Positions 47,302 through 55,475 of a stretch of DNA of 64,000 nt are shown piece after piece. The stretch spans positions 6,075 through 70,074 of the forward strand of contig JAFGFT010000041.1 in NCBI GenBank assembly GCA_016930935.1, given 5' to 3'. The translations under genes were made by a program, and so were the position numbers. How positions within the stretch are numbered: the stretch's first letter is position 1; each line of letters starts with the position of its first letter. Source of the DNA: Dehalococcoidia bacterium (GTDB lineage: Bacteria > Chloroflexota > Dehalococcoidia > GIF9 > AB-539-J10). The notes under the pieces are model-generated. The model did not search any database, was not told the DNA's origin, and was given only the letters and a program-made list of their open reading frames with translations.

Positions 47302-47948
47302 GACGAAGAGAAGGATAAACTATGACGCTGCGTCATCGTCAAGTCGGCAGACGCTGCCGATGTGCACGGGTTTTGCATTCCGACGAAATCGTTGCCAGAC
47401 CATCTGTGCCATGTGCAGTCGACGCCCGTTGCCGACTTATGGCTATCACCCCTCATGAAGACCATCCGGTGCCCCCGCTGTAGTGAACGGGGCGACACTC
47501 TCTCATGAATTGGAAGTCCTGAGGCACATTGAAGGGCTGCGAGAGCTGCACCGTGGAGTTGGCGTGCCCCCATTCACTGTTGGTCCGCGGCTTTGACTTG
47601 CCTAAGTGATTTCGCCGGCCTAGTATGCTATCAGGATTCTCGCCAGGGTTTGAATGGGAGTCGTTTCCGCGGAAGAATGCGCGAGGTCACCATGTCTGGC
47701 AATCCAACCACTCGGATACTCTTCACAACAGCAGTCTGCAGCCAATGTTTATTCGCGATTCATAACTCCGGAGGGGATTCCTGGATGGTGGGAGTGTGAT
47801 CCCGTGGCAATAGTATTCTGAAGGTAGAGGAGGAGCGCATCAGGAGTGCCAATTCGGGGCACCGGCACACTCTCGTAGTCGCGGGTACTCAGATTGCCGA
47901 TGGATTCGTCACATGTAGGGATGGTAGGAATAGCGGAGGTGAAAAGGA

Positions 47949-48437
47949 ATGGGAACGGAACCGGTAGGGACTCAGAAATCAATCACTCATGACGAGGCAA
48001 GGAAGGTGCTGGACGAAGCCTGGGAGCGGTCAACGAAGGCCTACAAAGTTGCCAAGGCAGAGGCGGACGCAGTTTATGAGCAGGCCAAGAAGGTAGCGCC
48101 CGACAAGGATGCGCGGAAACGAGCGGATGAGGCCCACAAGGCAGCGATAGAGGCAGCCAAGAAGGTTCGTGACGCGATTACGAATGAAGCCCAGACGGTG
48201 TTCACCAATGTGTGGACACAGAAAGACAAAGAAGCCCAAGAAGCACTGGCAAAGACGAAAGAGCGCACCGAACTCGCACAGAAGGCCTACAAGGAAGCCA
48301 AAGACCAGGCCGGCATCGACCACAAGGCGGCCAAGAAGAAAGCTGTCGATGCTCAGGCGAGAAAGGATGCCGACGCGGCTCGCAAGGAATCCGAAAAGAA
48401 AGCCAAGGCAGTCTATGACGAAGCCATGAAGCCATAG
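47949..48437 (+). CDS. Lys/Ala/Glu-rich helical repeat protein
   Basis: 162 aa. GGAGGTG lies upstream. There are two ~50 aa repeats (STKAYKVAKAEADAVYEQAKKVAPDKDARKRADEAHKAAIEAAKKVRDA and AQKAYKEAKDQAGIDHKAAKKKAVDAQARKDADAARKESEKKAKAVYDEA). No signal peptide. Confidence 0.65.
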   Translation: MGTEPVGTQKSITHDEARKVLDEAWERSTKAYKVAKAEADAVYEQAKKVAPDKDARKRADEAHKAAIEAAKKVRDAITNEAQTVFTNVWTQKDKEAQEALAKTKERTELAQKAYKEAKDQAGIDHKAAKKKAVDAQARKDADAARKESEKKAKAVYDEAMKP

Positions 48438-48850
48438 CTCCTGCGCGAGTTCTGGACACAGATTCCCCTCGAAACTCGTACTCGATGTGACCTCAAGAGG
48501 GCAAACGTAGCGCGCAGCCATCCAGCTGGATAATGGCGATGGCGGTATTCGCCCGTGCTCTCAGTCGCGCGATTGCCACGGTCGGTCTGGATTGTGCTGT
48601 TCCATTGGCTGGTACGGCAAGGAGTGCCAGTGACTCGTGTGCATGAGTCTCGGAGACCCCATTCCTACGGCTACGAGCTATCGACAGTGCCTGGGTGATG
48701 CACGAGTAATAGTCAATTGCGTAGCCGTGCCACGCAATTGAACTATATGTTGCGCTGCCTTTCGCGCGCTTGACGGCGGAAGGAAGCAAGATTATCCTCG
48801 CTCTACTATGGCGTGGAGTTATCACTCTGTTCGCCTCGAAGGAGTTGCAC

Positions 48851-49417
48851 ATGAAGGCACTTGGCATAGTCGGCAGTCCACGGGTGGACGGCAACAGCGT
48901 ACTCATCACGAACCACGCACTACGGGCAGTGGCCGAGGAGGGCGTGGAGACGGAACTCGTCTCACTCTCAGGCCTCACGCTGCTCCCCTGCACCGCTTGC
49001 ATGGCGTGTGTCGAGGAAGAACGGTGCGTTCTGGAAGACGACCTGATGCCGCTCTACGACAAGATGAAGGCGGCGGACGGCATCATCCTCGCCACGCCGG
49101 TCTACTTCGGCTCTGCTACCGGTCTCATGAAGGTGTTCATGGAGCGGACGGGATACATAGTCAGGAACTGCGGCGGAACATGCAAGGGCAAAGTAGGCGG
49201 GCCGCTGGTGGTGGCGAGGAGAGGAGGCTTGACCTTCACGCTTGCGCAGATGTACTACTGGTTCCAGACACTTGAGTTCTATATGCCCGGCGTCAAACGA
49301 TGGAACATCGCCGTCGGAAAGGAAAAGGGCGATGTCGCCAACGATCAAGAAGGAATGGAAGCCGCCTGGGACCTGGGCAAGGGCATGGCCTACCTGATGA
49401 GGGCGGTGCGCACGTAG
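48851..49417 (+). CDS. NADPH-dependent FMN reductase / iron-sulfur flavoprotein-like protein
   Basis: MKALGIVGSPRVDGNSVLI...LLPCTACMACVEEERCVLEDD...ADGIILATPVYFGSATGLMKVFMER. AAGGAG lies upstream of ATG 48851. Confidence 0.8.
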   Translation: MKALGIVGSPRVDGNSVLITNHALRAVAEEGVETELVSLSGLTLLPCTACMACVEEERCVLEDDLMPLYDKMKAADGIILATPVYFGSATGLMKVFMERTGYIVRNCGGTCKGKVGGPLVVARRGGLTFTLAQMYYWFQTLEFYMPGVKRWNIAVGKEKGDVANDQEGMEAAWDLGKGMAYLMRAVRT

Positions 49418-49551
49418 CCTCTGTACACGCCATCGTCGCAACTGATTCCCATCACTGCAGCCCCGTCTCTGCGCATACAGTTGACCATCGCGGCACGCCC
49501 GTCTGAGCACCTGGAAGGCGACGTTCCGTTTGAGTGGCCTGCCGGAGCAAA

Positions 49552-50667
49552 TCAGGTCTCGCGCTGGAGCATCGTCCGGCGTCCGTTGTACCTCGAAGTG
49601 TCATACTCGGTCACAAGATTGACCAGATGAGGTCCCGCCAGCGCCTGCTGGAATGGGATAGCGGTAACCCGACCGTCCCTGAACGCAACCATCTTGCCGA
49701 AGTCCCTGCCAACAAGCAGGTCTACCGCCGCGATCCCGAAGTACCGTCCCATGCGGCGGTCATAGGCACAGGGCACGCCTCCGCGCTGGAGATGGCTCAA
49801 TATGATGCTTCGTGTCTCGAAGCCAGTCCCCGTATGAATCGCGCTCGCCACGTATTCACCGACTCCACCTAATGTCTGGTGCCCGAAACTGTCCACGAGG
49901 TTGTCGCGCACGAATTCGCCTCCGCCCGAGGGTTTCGCACCTTCTGCCACAATGACGATCTCGTACCGCGCTCCCGAATTCCGTCCCTCCTGAAGCAGTT
50001 CATTGACTCGTGTCATATCGAAGTCGAATTCCGGTATGAGAATGATGTATGCCCCACTGGACTCTCCCCCCTCAAGAGCAAGCCATCCGGCGTGCCTCCC
50101 CATCGTCTCAACGACAAATACCCGCCGATGAGACCCGGCAGTGGTCCGCAGACGGTCGACACACTCCACGACCACGTTCATCGCAGTCTCAAATCCAAGC
50201 GTGTACTCCGTCCCGGGTAAATCTTTGTCGATGGTCTTCGGGATGCCGACCACTGGAACGCCCTCGCCCGAGAGCCTGAGGGCAACACCGAGTGTGTCAT
50301 CACCTCCGATGGCTATGAGCGCATCAAGGCCAAGCCGCTCAATGTTCTGGATAACGGTCTTCGAGACGTCATTCTTCGGGTTGTAGGGATTCGACCTTGA
50401 TGTGCCGAGGTTGGTTCCACCATGTCTGTCCCAGGTACGTACGAGCTCCTCGGTTAAGGGAATCACGTAGTGTGGATCAGAAGAACTAGAAGGATCGAGG
50501 TTCATCAACCCTTCCCAACCGTTGCGAATGCCCAGTACCTGGTAGTGGGTATCCCGTTCAGCGGAAAGCCTGGAATCAAGTGCGGACTTGACCGCCCACT
50601 TCACCGCGGGGTTGATGCCGGCGCAGTCGCCGCCACCAGTAAGAATCCCAATCCTATACGTCTTCAT
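49552..50667 (-). CDS. 6-phosphofructokinase, predicted pyrophosphate-dependent type
   Basis: MKTYRIGILTGGGDCAGINPAV, IGGDDTLGVA, GIPKTIDKDLPGT, MGRHAGWLA. The GGDD and PKTID residues correspond to the positions that distinguish PPi-dependent from ATP-dependent enzymes (GGDG and PGTID in the ATP type). Start ATG 50667. Confidence 0.85.
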   Translation of the reverse strand: MKTYRIGILTGGGDCAGINPAVKWAVKSALDSRLSAERDTHYQVLGIRNGWEGLMNLDPSSSSDPHYVIPLTEELVRTWDRHGGTNLGTSRSNPYNPKNDVSKTVIQNIERLGLDALIAIGGDDTLGVALRLSGEGVPVVGIPKTIDKDLPGTEYTLGFETAMNVVVECVDRLRTTAGSHRRVFVVETMGRHAGWLALEGGESSGAYIILIPEFDFDMTRVNELLQEGRNSGARYEIVIVAEGAKPSGGGEFVRDNLVDSFGHQTLGGVGEYVASAIHTGTGFETRSIILSHLQRGGVPCAYDRRMGRYFGIAAVDLLVGRDFGKMVAFRDGRVTAIPFQQALAGPHLVNLVTEYDTSRYNGRRTMLQRET

Positions 50668-51050
50668 ATTCAAACCCATCCTGTCCACGCACCGCTTTTT
50701 TTTACAGAAGAATACCTCGCGCCGGAAAGGCGTGCCAATCAATGCTACTCACGGGCAGTCGTCCAATCATCAGACTATAAGCGCAATGGCATGTGTACGA
50801 AGCATGGTCACAGCCATTGCGTGATGCACCACGCTACTGGAACCGGACAGCATCACAGGCCGCAAGAGCAGACCGGCGGCCTCTATTCGAAATACAGGAA
50901 GCCGCATGGTGCGTTTTCCCTCTGCTTTCTGAGTTATCAACGACATGGTACAGTGATGCTATTCAGGTTCCAGCATCAGTGCACTCGCGCTGCGGAGCAG
51001 TGTCACGAAGGTACATAGGAAGACTCACCTGACTCGGAGTAATGCAGAAA

Positions 51051-51650
51051 ATGAGGCGTAAACACAGCGAAGTAACCGACATGCAAGAAATCGAGCGTAT
51101 TCTATCCGCAACCAATATCGGAAGAATGGCGACGTCTGGCTCAGATGGGTACCCCTATGTTACGCCGGTGAACTTCGTCTTCCATGAGGGTAACATCTAT
51201 TTTCATTGCGCGCCCCTGGGCGAAAAACTGGACAATGTTGCACGCGACCCGCACGTTTGCTTCGAAGTGGACATCCCGCTTGCGTATCTCGATGCAAGCT
51301 TCGAACCTGACCGTCGTGGCTGCCGACTGCACCAGTTCTATCATTGCGTCATCATACGGGGTGAAGCGTCAATTCTGCCCAACGGTCCCGTTAAGACCGC
51401 AGCTCTCAACGCACTCGTGGCGAAACATGAGCCAGGCGCTGCAATGGAGCCTTTGACTGAAGACTTGCCTGGCTACGCTGGCTGCAACGTCGTTCAGATA
51501 CGACCTGTGACCATGTCGGCCAAGAGCGACCTCCATCAGAACAAGACCCCCGAAGTGTTGCTGTCCCTGGCGCGTCACCTCAAGCGCGGCAGTGAGCCGG
51601 CAGCTCTGGACACCATCAGGGCAATGGGGTTCAATCCGGACGACCTGTGA
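51051..51650 (+). CDS. pyridoxamine 5'-phosphate oxidase family (NimA-like) flavoprotein
   Basis: MRRKHSEVTDMQEIERILSATNIGRMATSGSDGYPYVTPVNFVFHEGNIYFHCAPLGEKL is the family-typical N-terminus. ATG 51042 is an alternative start. Confidence 0.8.
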   Translation: MRRKHSEVTDMQEIERILSATNIGRMATSGSDGYPYVTPVNFVFHEGNIYFHCAPLGEKLDNVARDPHVCFEVDIPLAYLDASFEPDRRGCRLHQFYHCVIIRGEASILPNGPVKTAALNALVAKHEPGAAMEPLTEDLPGYAGCNVVQIRPVTMSAKSDLHQNKTPEVLLSLARHLKRGSEPAALDTIRAMGFNPDDL

Positions 51651-51700
51651 TTATGCTGACTCACTGCGCGTCGCTGTGTGGTCCACTATCGTCCTTGAAC

Positions 51701-51739
51701 ACCCTCACCCCAGCGCCTCGTAGCGCTGGAGGTGAGGGT
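51701..51739. terminator. long GC-rich hairpin between convergent genes
   Basis: ACCCTCACC-CCAGCGC-ctcgta-GCGCTGG-a-GGTGAGGGT gives about 16 bp with one bulge. There is no U-tract on either strand. Confidence 0.45.
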
Positions 51740-51750
51740 ACTCCGCATCC

Positions 51751-52824
51751 CTAGTTGTCAGTGGCGTGGCTGAAGCTCTTCCTCGTTCTATACAGAGTCT
51801 TACAGGCATCGATGATATCCTTCAGTTCGTCTGGGGTGACCATCTGCGGACCATCCACCAGTGCCTCCGCCGGGTTGTAGTGTGATTCAATCATTAATCC
51901 GTCCGCACCCGCTGAGATTGACGCACAACTCATATCGAAGATGAGGTCGCGCCGTCCCGTGGCGTGGCTCGGGTCAACGATGATGGGCAGGTAGGTCTCC
52001 TTGTGCACCACAGGGATTGCCGCAAGGTCAAGCGTGTACCTGGTGTAACTCTTTCCTTTGCCAACTGGTACGATGCCGCGCTCACAGAGGATGATGTCCT
52101 TGTTGCTCTCCGCTGCGATGTACTCGCTGAATGACAGCATTTCCTCGATGCTTGCGCCGAAGTGCCGCTTCAGCAAAACAGGTTTCCCCTGCTGTGCCAC
52201 CTGCACTAGAAGATCCTGGTCATACATGTTCCGGGCGCCGATGTGCATTATGTCCACATACTTCGCCATCATCTCAATCATCGATTCGCCCCTGACCTCG
52301 GTGACTATCGGCATGTCGAACGCGTCACCGGCCTGCTTGAGCCAACTCAGAGCTTCTTCAGCATCCTTCACTCCATTGGAACCCAGACCCTGGAAGGAAT
52401 GGACGGAGCTTCTAGGCTTGAAGATGCCACCCCGTAGTATGTGCGCTCCAGCTTTCTTAACCTCCTCGGCCATGCGCATTATCTGCTGCCTGCTCTCAAC
52501 CGCACACGGTCCGGCGATGATGACAGGCTCACCGTTGCCGATATGGATATCCCCGATCCTTACGGTCTTGTGTGCTCCGGGCTCCGCAAGAAACTTCGCA
52601 TACTCTCTGCCTATGAGCTTGTACGGTGTTTCAACTCTCGCCGCCTCTTTCACTCCCGGTAGCGTGGCCACCTTGTCGAAGTCGAGTAGACGCTCGTCGC
52701 CAACAGGGCCGACAACGGTGAGGTACTCGCCATGAATAACGGCGGCTCTCAGCCCGCTGCCTTCCACCTCGGCAATAACTCTCTGGATGTCCTCTTCAGT
52801 CGCGTCCGTCTTCATGATAATCAC
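51751..52824 (-). CDS. aroF: 3-deoxy-7-phosphoheptulonate (DAHP) synthase, type I-beta with an N-terminal ferredoxin-like regulatory domain
   Basis: VIIMKTDATEEDIQRVIAEVEGSGL...PYKLIGREY...IIAGPCAVESRQQIMRMAEEVKKAGAHILRGGIFKPRSSVHSFQGLG is colinear, from memory, with the Thermotoga-type enzyme. GGAGGA lies 7 nt before GTG 52824; ATG 52839 is an alternative start. Confidence 0.9.
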   Translation of the reverse strand: MIIMKTDATEEDIQRVIAEVEGSGLRAAVIHGEYLTVVGPVGDERLLDFDKVATLPGVKEAARVETPYKLIGREYAKFLAEPGAHKTVRIGDIHIGNGEPVIIAGPCAVESRQQIMRMAEEVKKAGAHILRGGIFKPRSSVHSFQGLGSNGVKDAEEALSWLKQAGDAFDMPIVTEVRGESMIEMMAKYVDIMHIGARNMYDQDLLVQVAQQGKPVLLKRHFGASIEEMLSFSEYIAAESNKDIILCERGIVPVGKGKSYTRYTLDLAAIPVVHKETYLPIIVDPSHATGRRDLIFDMSCASISAGADGLMIESHYNPAEALVDGPQMVTPDELKDIIDACKTLYRTRKSFSHATDN

Positions 52825-52881
52825 TGTGCCATCCTCCATTCTCTATGCTGCCTGCGACCCGTCAGGGCATCCGGTCAGCGC

Positions 52882-52911
52882 AAAAAGAAAAGGACCCTCC
52901 TGGGAGGGTCC
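52882..52911 (-). terminator. rho-independent terminator immediately upstream of aroF (candidate attenuator terminator)
   Basis: The minus-strand RNA is GGACCCUCC-CA-GGAGGGUCC (52911-52892) followed by UUUUCUUUUU (52891-52882). It lies 57 nt upstream of the aroF GTG start at 52824 (42 nt upstream of the alternative ATG at 52839). Confidence 0.65.
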
Positions 52912-52941
52912 TTGTTTCATTCAGGTGATTTCTACGCTACA

Positions 52942-53025
52942 TCACGTTGCAAGACCGCTCCCAGGCGTGCGGGTTGTAAAGCTAAAGAACCACGCAAATG
53001 AGCACTGAACCTGGTAGCTAATCAT
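52942..53025 (-). CDS. candidate aromatic-rich leader peptide (27 aa)
   Basis: ATG 53025 to TGA 52942-52944 gives MISYQVQCSFAWFFSFTTRTPGSGLAT. Five of seven consecutive residues are Phe or Trp. It is followed by alternative antiterminator and terminator pairings. The Shine-Dalgarno is weak (GAAGAGAGAUA). Confidence 0.45.
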   Translation of the reverse strand: MISYQVQCSFAWFFSFTTRTPGSGLAT

Positions 53026-53061
53026 TATCTCTCTTCGTCTCGCACCGATGTGTGAGAGATC

Positions 53062-53090
53062 AGTGTATTGTGGTGCAGCACCACTGTCAA
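53062..53090 (-). promoter_or_regulatory. candidate sigma70-type promoter of the aroF leader
   Basis: The minus strand reads TTGACA (53090-53085), a 17 nt spacer, then TACACT (53067-53062). The predicted start site is about 30 nt before the leader ATG. Confidence 0.45.
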
Positions 53091-53132
53091 GTTCCACGCC
53101 AGCCTGTTCCCCATCTGGGGACTTTGGAGCTG

Positions 53133-54416
53133 CTATCCGGGATTCATGACCCGCCCGACGAATAGAATGGTATCCGTCTCCACATCCCTGATGAGAAAGA
53201 CGAACGGGCGGTCGATGGTCAGAGTCATCGGTTCAGCGGGCATTGCAGTGGCTTCCATCACGACCGCTGTCGCAGCTGCCGCCTCAGTCCCCGCCTCATC
53301 AACCTCCACGAATGCTTTGTGTATCACGTCTGATATGAACAGGTTCCGTCCCCCGTCCATGCCGGAGAAGTCAGCCCTTGATGGGTCGAACGCAGCGTCC
53401 ATGCCGAGTTGCGACAGAGCCTTGCTCAAGCTGAAGCTTGTCTCCATTTTGAAACGGGGCATCGTCAGGCTGAGTTGGGTATTCTGCAAGCCATCGATGG
53501 TGTCTGACACAATCGCATAGTCCAAAGACTGTTCGACGGCACTGAAACGCCCTGACGCCGGCACAACAATGACCATGGACATCTCATATCCGTCATAGGG
53601 CAATTCCACGACATCATAGTCTGGTGCACTCCGGTAACGGAAAGAGTCCGTCTGATGCATCATGGGCACAGTCACCTCACCTCCTTCGAGGAGATGGAAC
53701 ACACCTGGCGCGGTGAAGTCCTTTTCGAACTGGGACGCCCATGCTGCGTTGAAATAGACTGCGTTGGTGAGGACGAGCCGTGTCATCGGATTGATACCGC
53801 CTTCCGGAATCAGGTCTTCGATGCGGTCCTCCGTCTGCTCCTCTACCCAATCGTTGATAGCAAGCCGCGATGGCTCAGGAGCAGCCTCAAAATCAAGCAC
53901 GCGGAGCCCTGCACCGTAATTCATAGCCAATGTGTCGAGATACTCCTCCAGAAAGTTGTAGCCCTTCTGGCCCCAGATGGCATTCACCACATTCAACCGG
54001 AATCCCTCGCCATCCTTGCCCTGGACTCCTTGACCTCGCGTGTTTAGTGTCTGGTCAAGAGCATTGAATGTTGTGTGAAGACGGTCAGACGGTAAGTCAA
54101 AGTGCAGCGTGGAAGCCATCTCTGCTTCCGTATCGCTCTGTGCCCCGGCATACGTCATCGCCAGGGCGAGGGAGATGCTGTACGGAGAATAGAAAACGTT
54201 CTCAGAGCCACCTGCAACTTTGTGATAGAGGTCAAAAGCGAATGCACCGTTGCCTTCGGCAAGCGCGCGTGCGTCGTCTGGTGGCACAGATATGTTTTCG
54301 TCTCTCGGTTCCGCTGAGCGCAACTCATCGGCTGCTGCCCCTGGAAGGGATGGGGTGCACCCCGTCAGACTGGCCACAAGCAGCATGGTGGCAAGAACCA
54401 ACTGTATCGCACGCAT
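53133..54416 (-). CDS. serpin family protein, lipoprotein
   Basis: The reactive-centre-loop hinge FVEVDEAGTEAAAATAVVMEATAMPAEP is followed by IDRPFVFLIRD. N-terminus MRAIQLVLATMLLVASLTGC has a lipobox. GGGAGG lies upstream of ATG 54416. Confidence 0.85.
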   Translation of the reverse strand: MRAIQLVLATMLLVASLTGCTPSLPGAAADELRSAEPRDENISVPPDDARALAEGNGAFAFDLYHKVAGGSENVFYSPYSISLALAMTYAGAQSDTEAEMASTLHFDLPSDRLHTTFNALDQTLNTRGQGVQGKDGEGFRLNVVNAIWGQKGYNFLEEYLDTLAMNYGAGLRVLDFEAAPEPSRLAINDWVEEQTEDRIEDLIPEGGINPMTRLVLTNAVYFNAAWASQFEKDFTAPGVFHLLEGGEVTVPMMHQTDSFRYRSAPDYDVVELPYDGYEMSMVIVVPASGRFSAVEQSLDYAIVSDTIDGLQNTQLSLTMPRFKMETSFSLSKALSQLGMDAAFDPSRADFSGMDGGRNLFISDVIHKAFVEVDEAGTEAAAATAVVMEATAMPAEPMTLTIDRPFVFLIRDVETDTILFVGRVMNPG

Positions 54417-54564
54417 GTTATCGCCTCCCTGCAAGACCGCCGTATTGACATCACGAGTCGGTACCACATCCTCCAATCTACTACCGTCATATACGGAGGC
54501 GTAGGTGGAGTATCACACGGGGAACAGACATGGCTCGAGGCATCCCGATATCAGTAGCCTTGTG

Positions 54565-55359
54565 CTACGCCGTCGGTCCGTATACCCGTCTCCGTATCAC
54601 CTGGATCAGTATCCCGATGCTGACTACTACTATCCCGGCGATGGCGGCAACAAGGACTGCGTATGCCGCAGGGTTGGCCAGCGCCATTCGTTTCAGCGCG
54701 ATGCCCAGCAACGCCCAGTCAACCACGAGAGCGAAGAAAATGTCACGCCGCGTAATCAGCATCGCGATGGCAATCACAACACCCACTACGATGACCGCAA
54801 CAGCCCAGTATTGTTCTTCTATTCCAAAACCGTTCCACCCGACAGACACGAGAAGGGCTGTCACATTGGCAATAGTGGCGATGGTGATCCACCCGAGGTA
54901 AACGCTGAACGGAAGATGGACCAGATACCGTACGGCGCCGGGGACGCTCGACACACCTATGCCAAGGCGCAGATAAATGAAGAGCAGGCTACCGAGCAGG
55001 AGCAACATCAGTCCAAGGGAAAGGGCAAGGAGTTCGTAGTGCCACGCGAATATCCAGCCCATGTTGGCAATACAGGTGAGAAGAAACCACAATCCGATCT
55101 CACCGGTGAAGAATGCGTCGGCGCTGTCTCTCCTGGCAACTGCCAGTTGGTAGACAACGAAGAGTCCCAGAAGCAGGTAGATTAGACCCCAGATTGAGAA
55201 AGTAAGGCCTGCTGGCACAAACAAGTTCTCGTACTTGTCAGAGAGTGCTCCTGTGCTCATTCCGTTGATCGGGAGCGTCACCGCAAGACCGTTGACGACA
55301 ACCGTTCCGAGGAATCCCAGCAGGTTGAGTACCGGAAGCGCATACCTGTTTTCCCTCAT
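54565..55359 (-). CDS. TspO/MBR-related (tryptophan-rich sensory protein-like) membrane protein
   Basis: 264 aa polytopic protein. LPINGMSTGALSDKYENLFVPAGLTFSIWGLIYLLLG matches a motif I recall from proteins annotated this way. Family assignment not verified. Confidence 0.5.
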   Translation of the reverse strand: MRENRYALPVLNLLGFLGTVVVNGLAVTLPINGMSTGALSDKYENLFVPAGLTFSIWGLIYLLLGLFVVYQLAVARRDSADAFFTGEIGLWFLLTCIANMGWIFAWHYELLALSLGLMLLLLGSLLFIYLRLGIGVSSVPGAVRYLVHLPFSVYLGWITIATIANVTALLVSVGWNGFGIEEQYWAVAVIVVGVVIAIAMLITRRDIFFALVVDWALLGIALKRMALANPAAYAVLVAAIAGIVVVSIGILIQVIRRRVYGPTA

Positions 55360-55475
55360 CGAACCTCCACGGGACGGAGGCGCAGACTCCAGACACGCCT
55401 CATCGTCTCAGTTATTCACCACTCTCCGCATCGCCCTGCGCAGCCACAGCGGTCGCAGTACTTCGTAGAGAGCTG

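Noticed and set aside
53025-53114. A 29-codon ORF (MGNRLAWNLTVVLHHNTLISHTSVRDEER) has a stop that overlaps the leader-peptide ATG (UAAUG).
   Set aside because: It has no Shine-Dalgarno, and the predicted leader promoter (53062-53090) lies inside it. It would be translated only from serpin read-through transcripts. Its composition is not informative. It remains an open alternative: translational coupling into the leader ORF.
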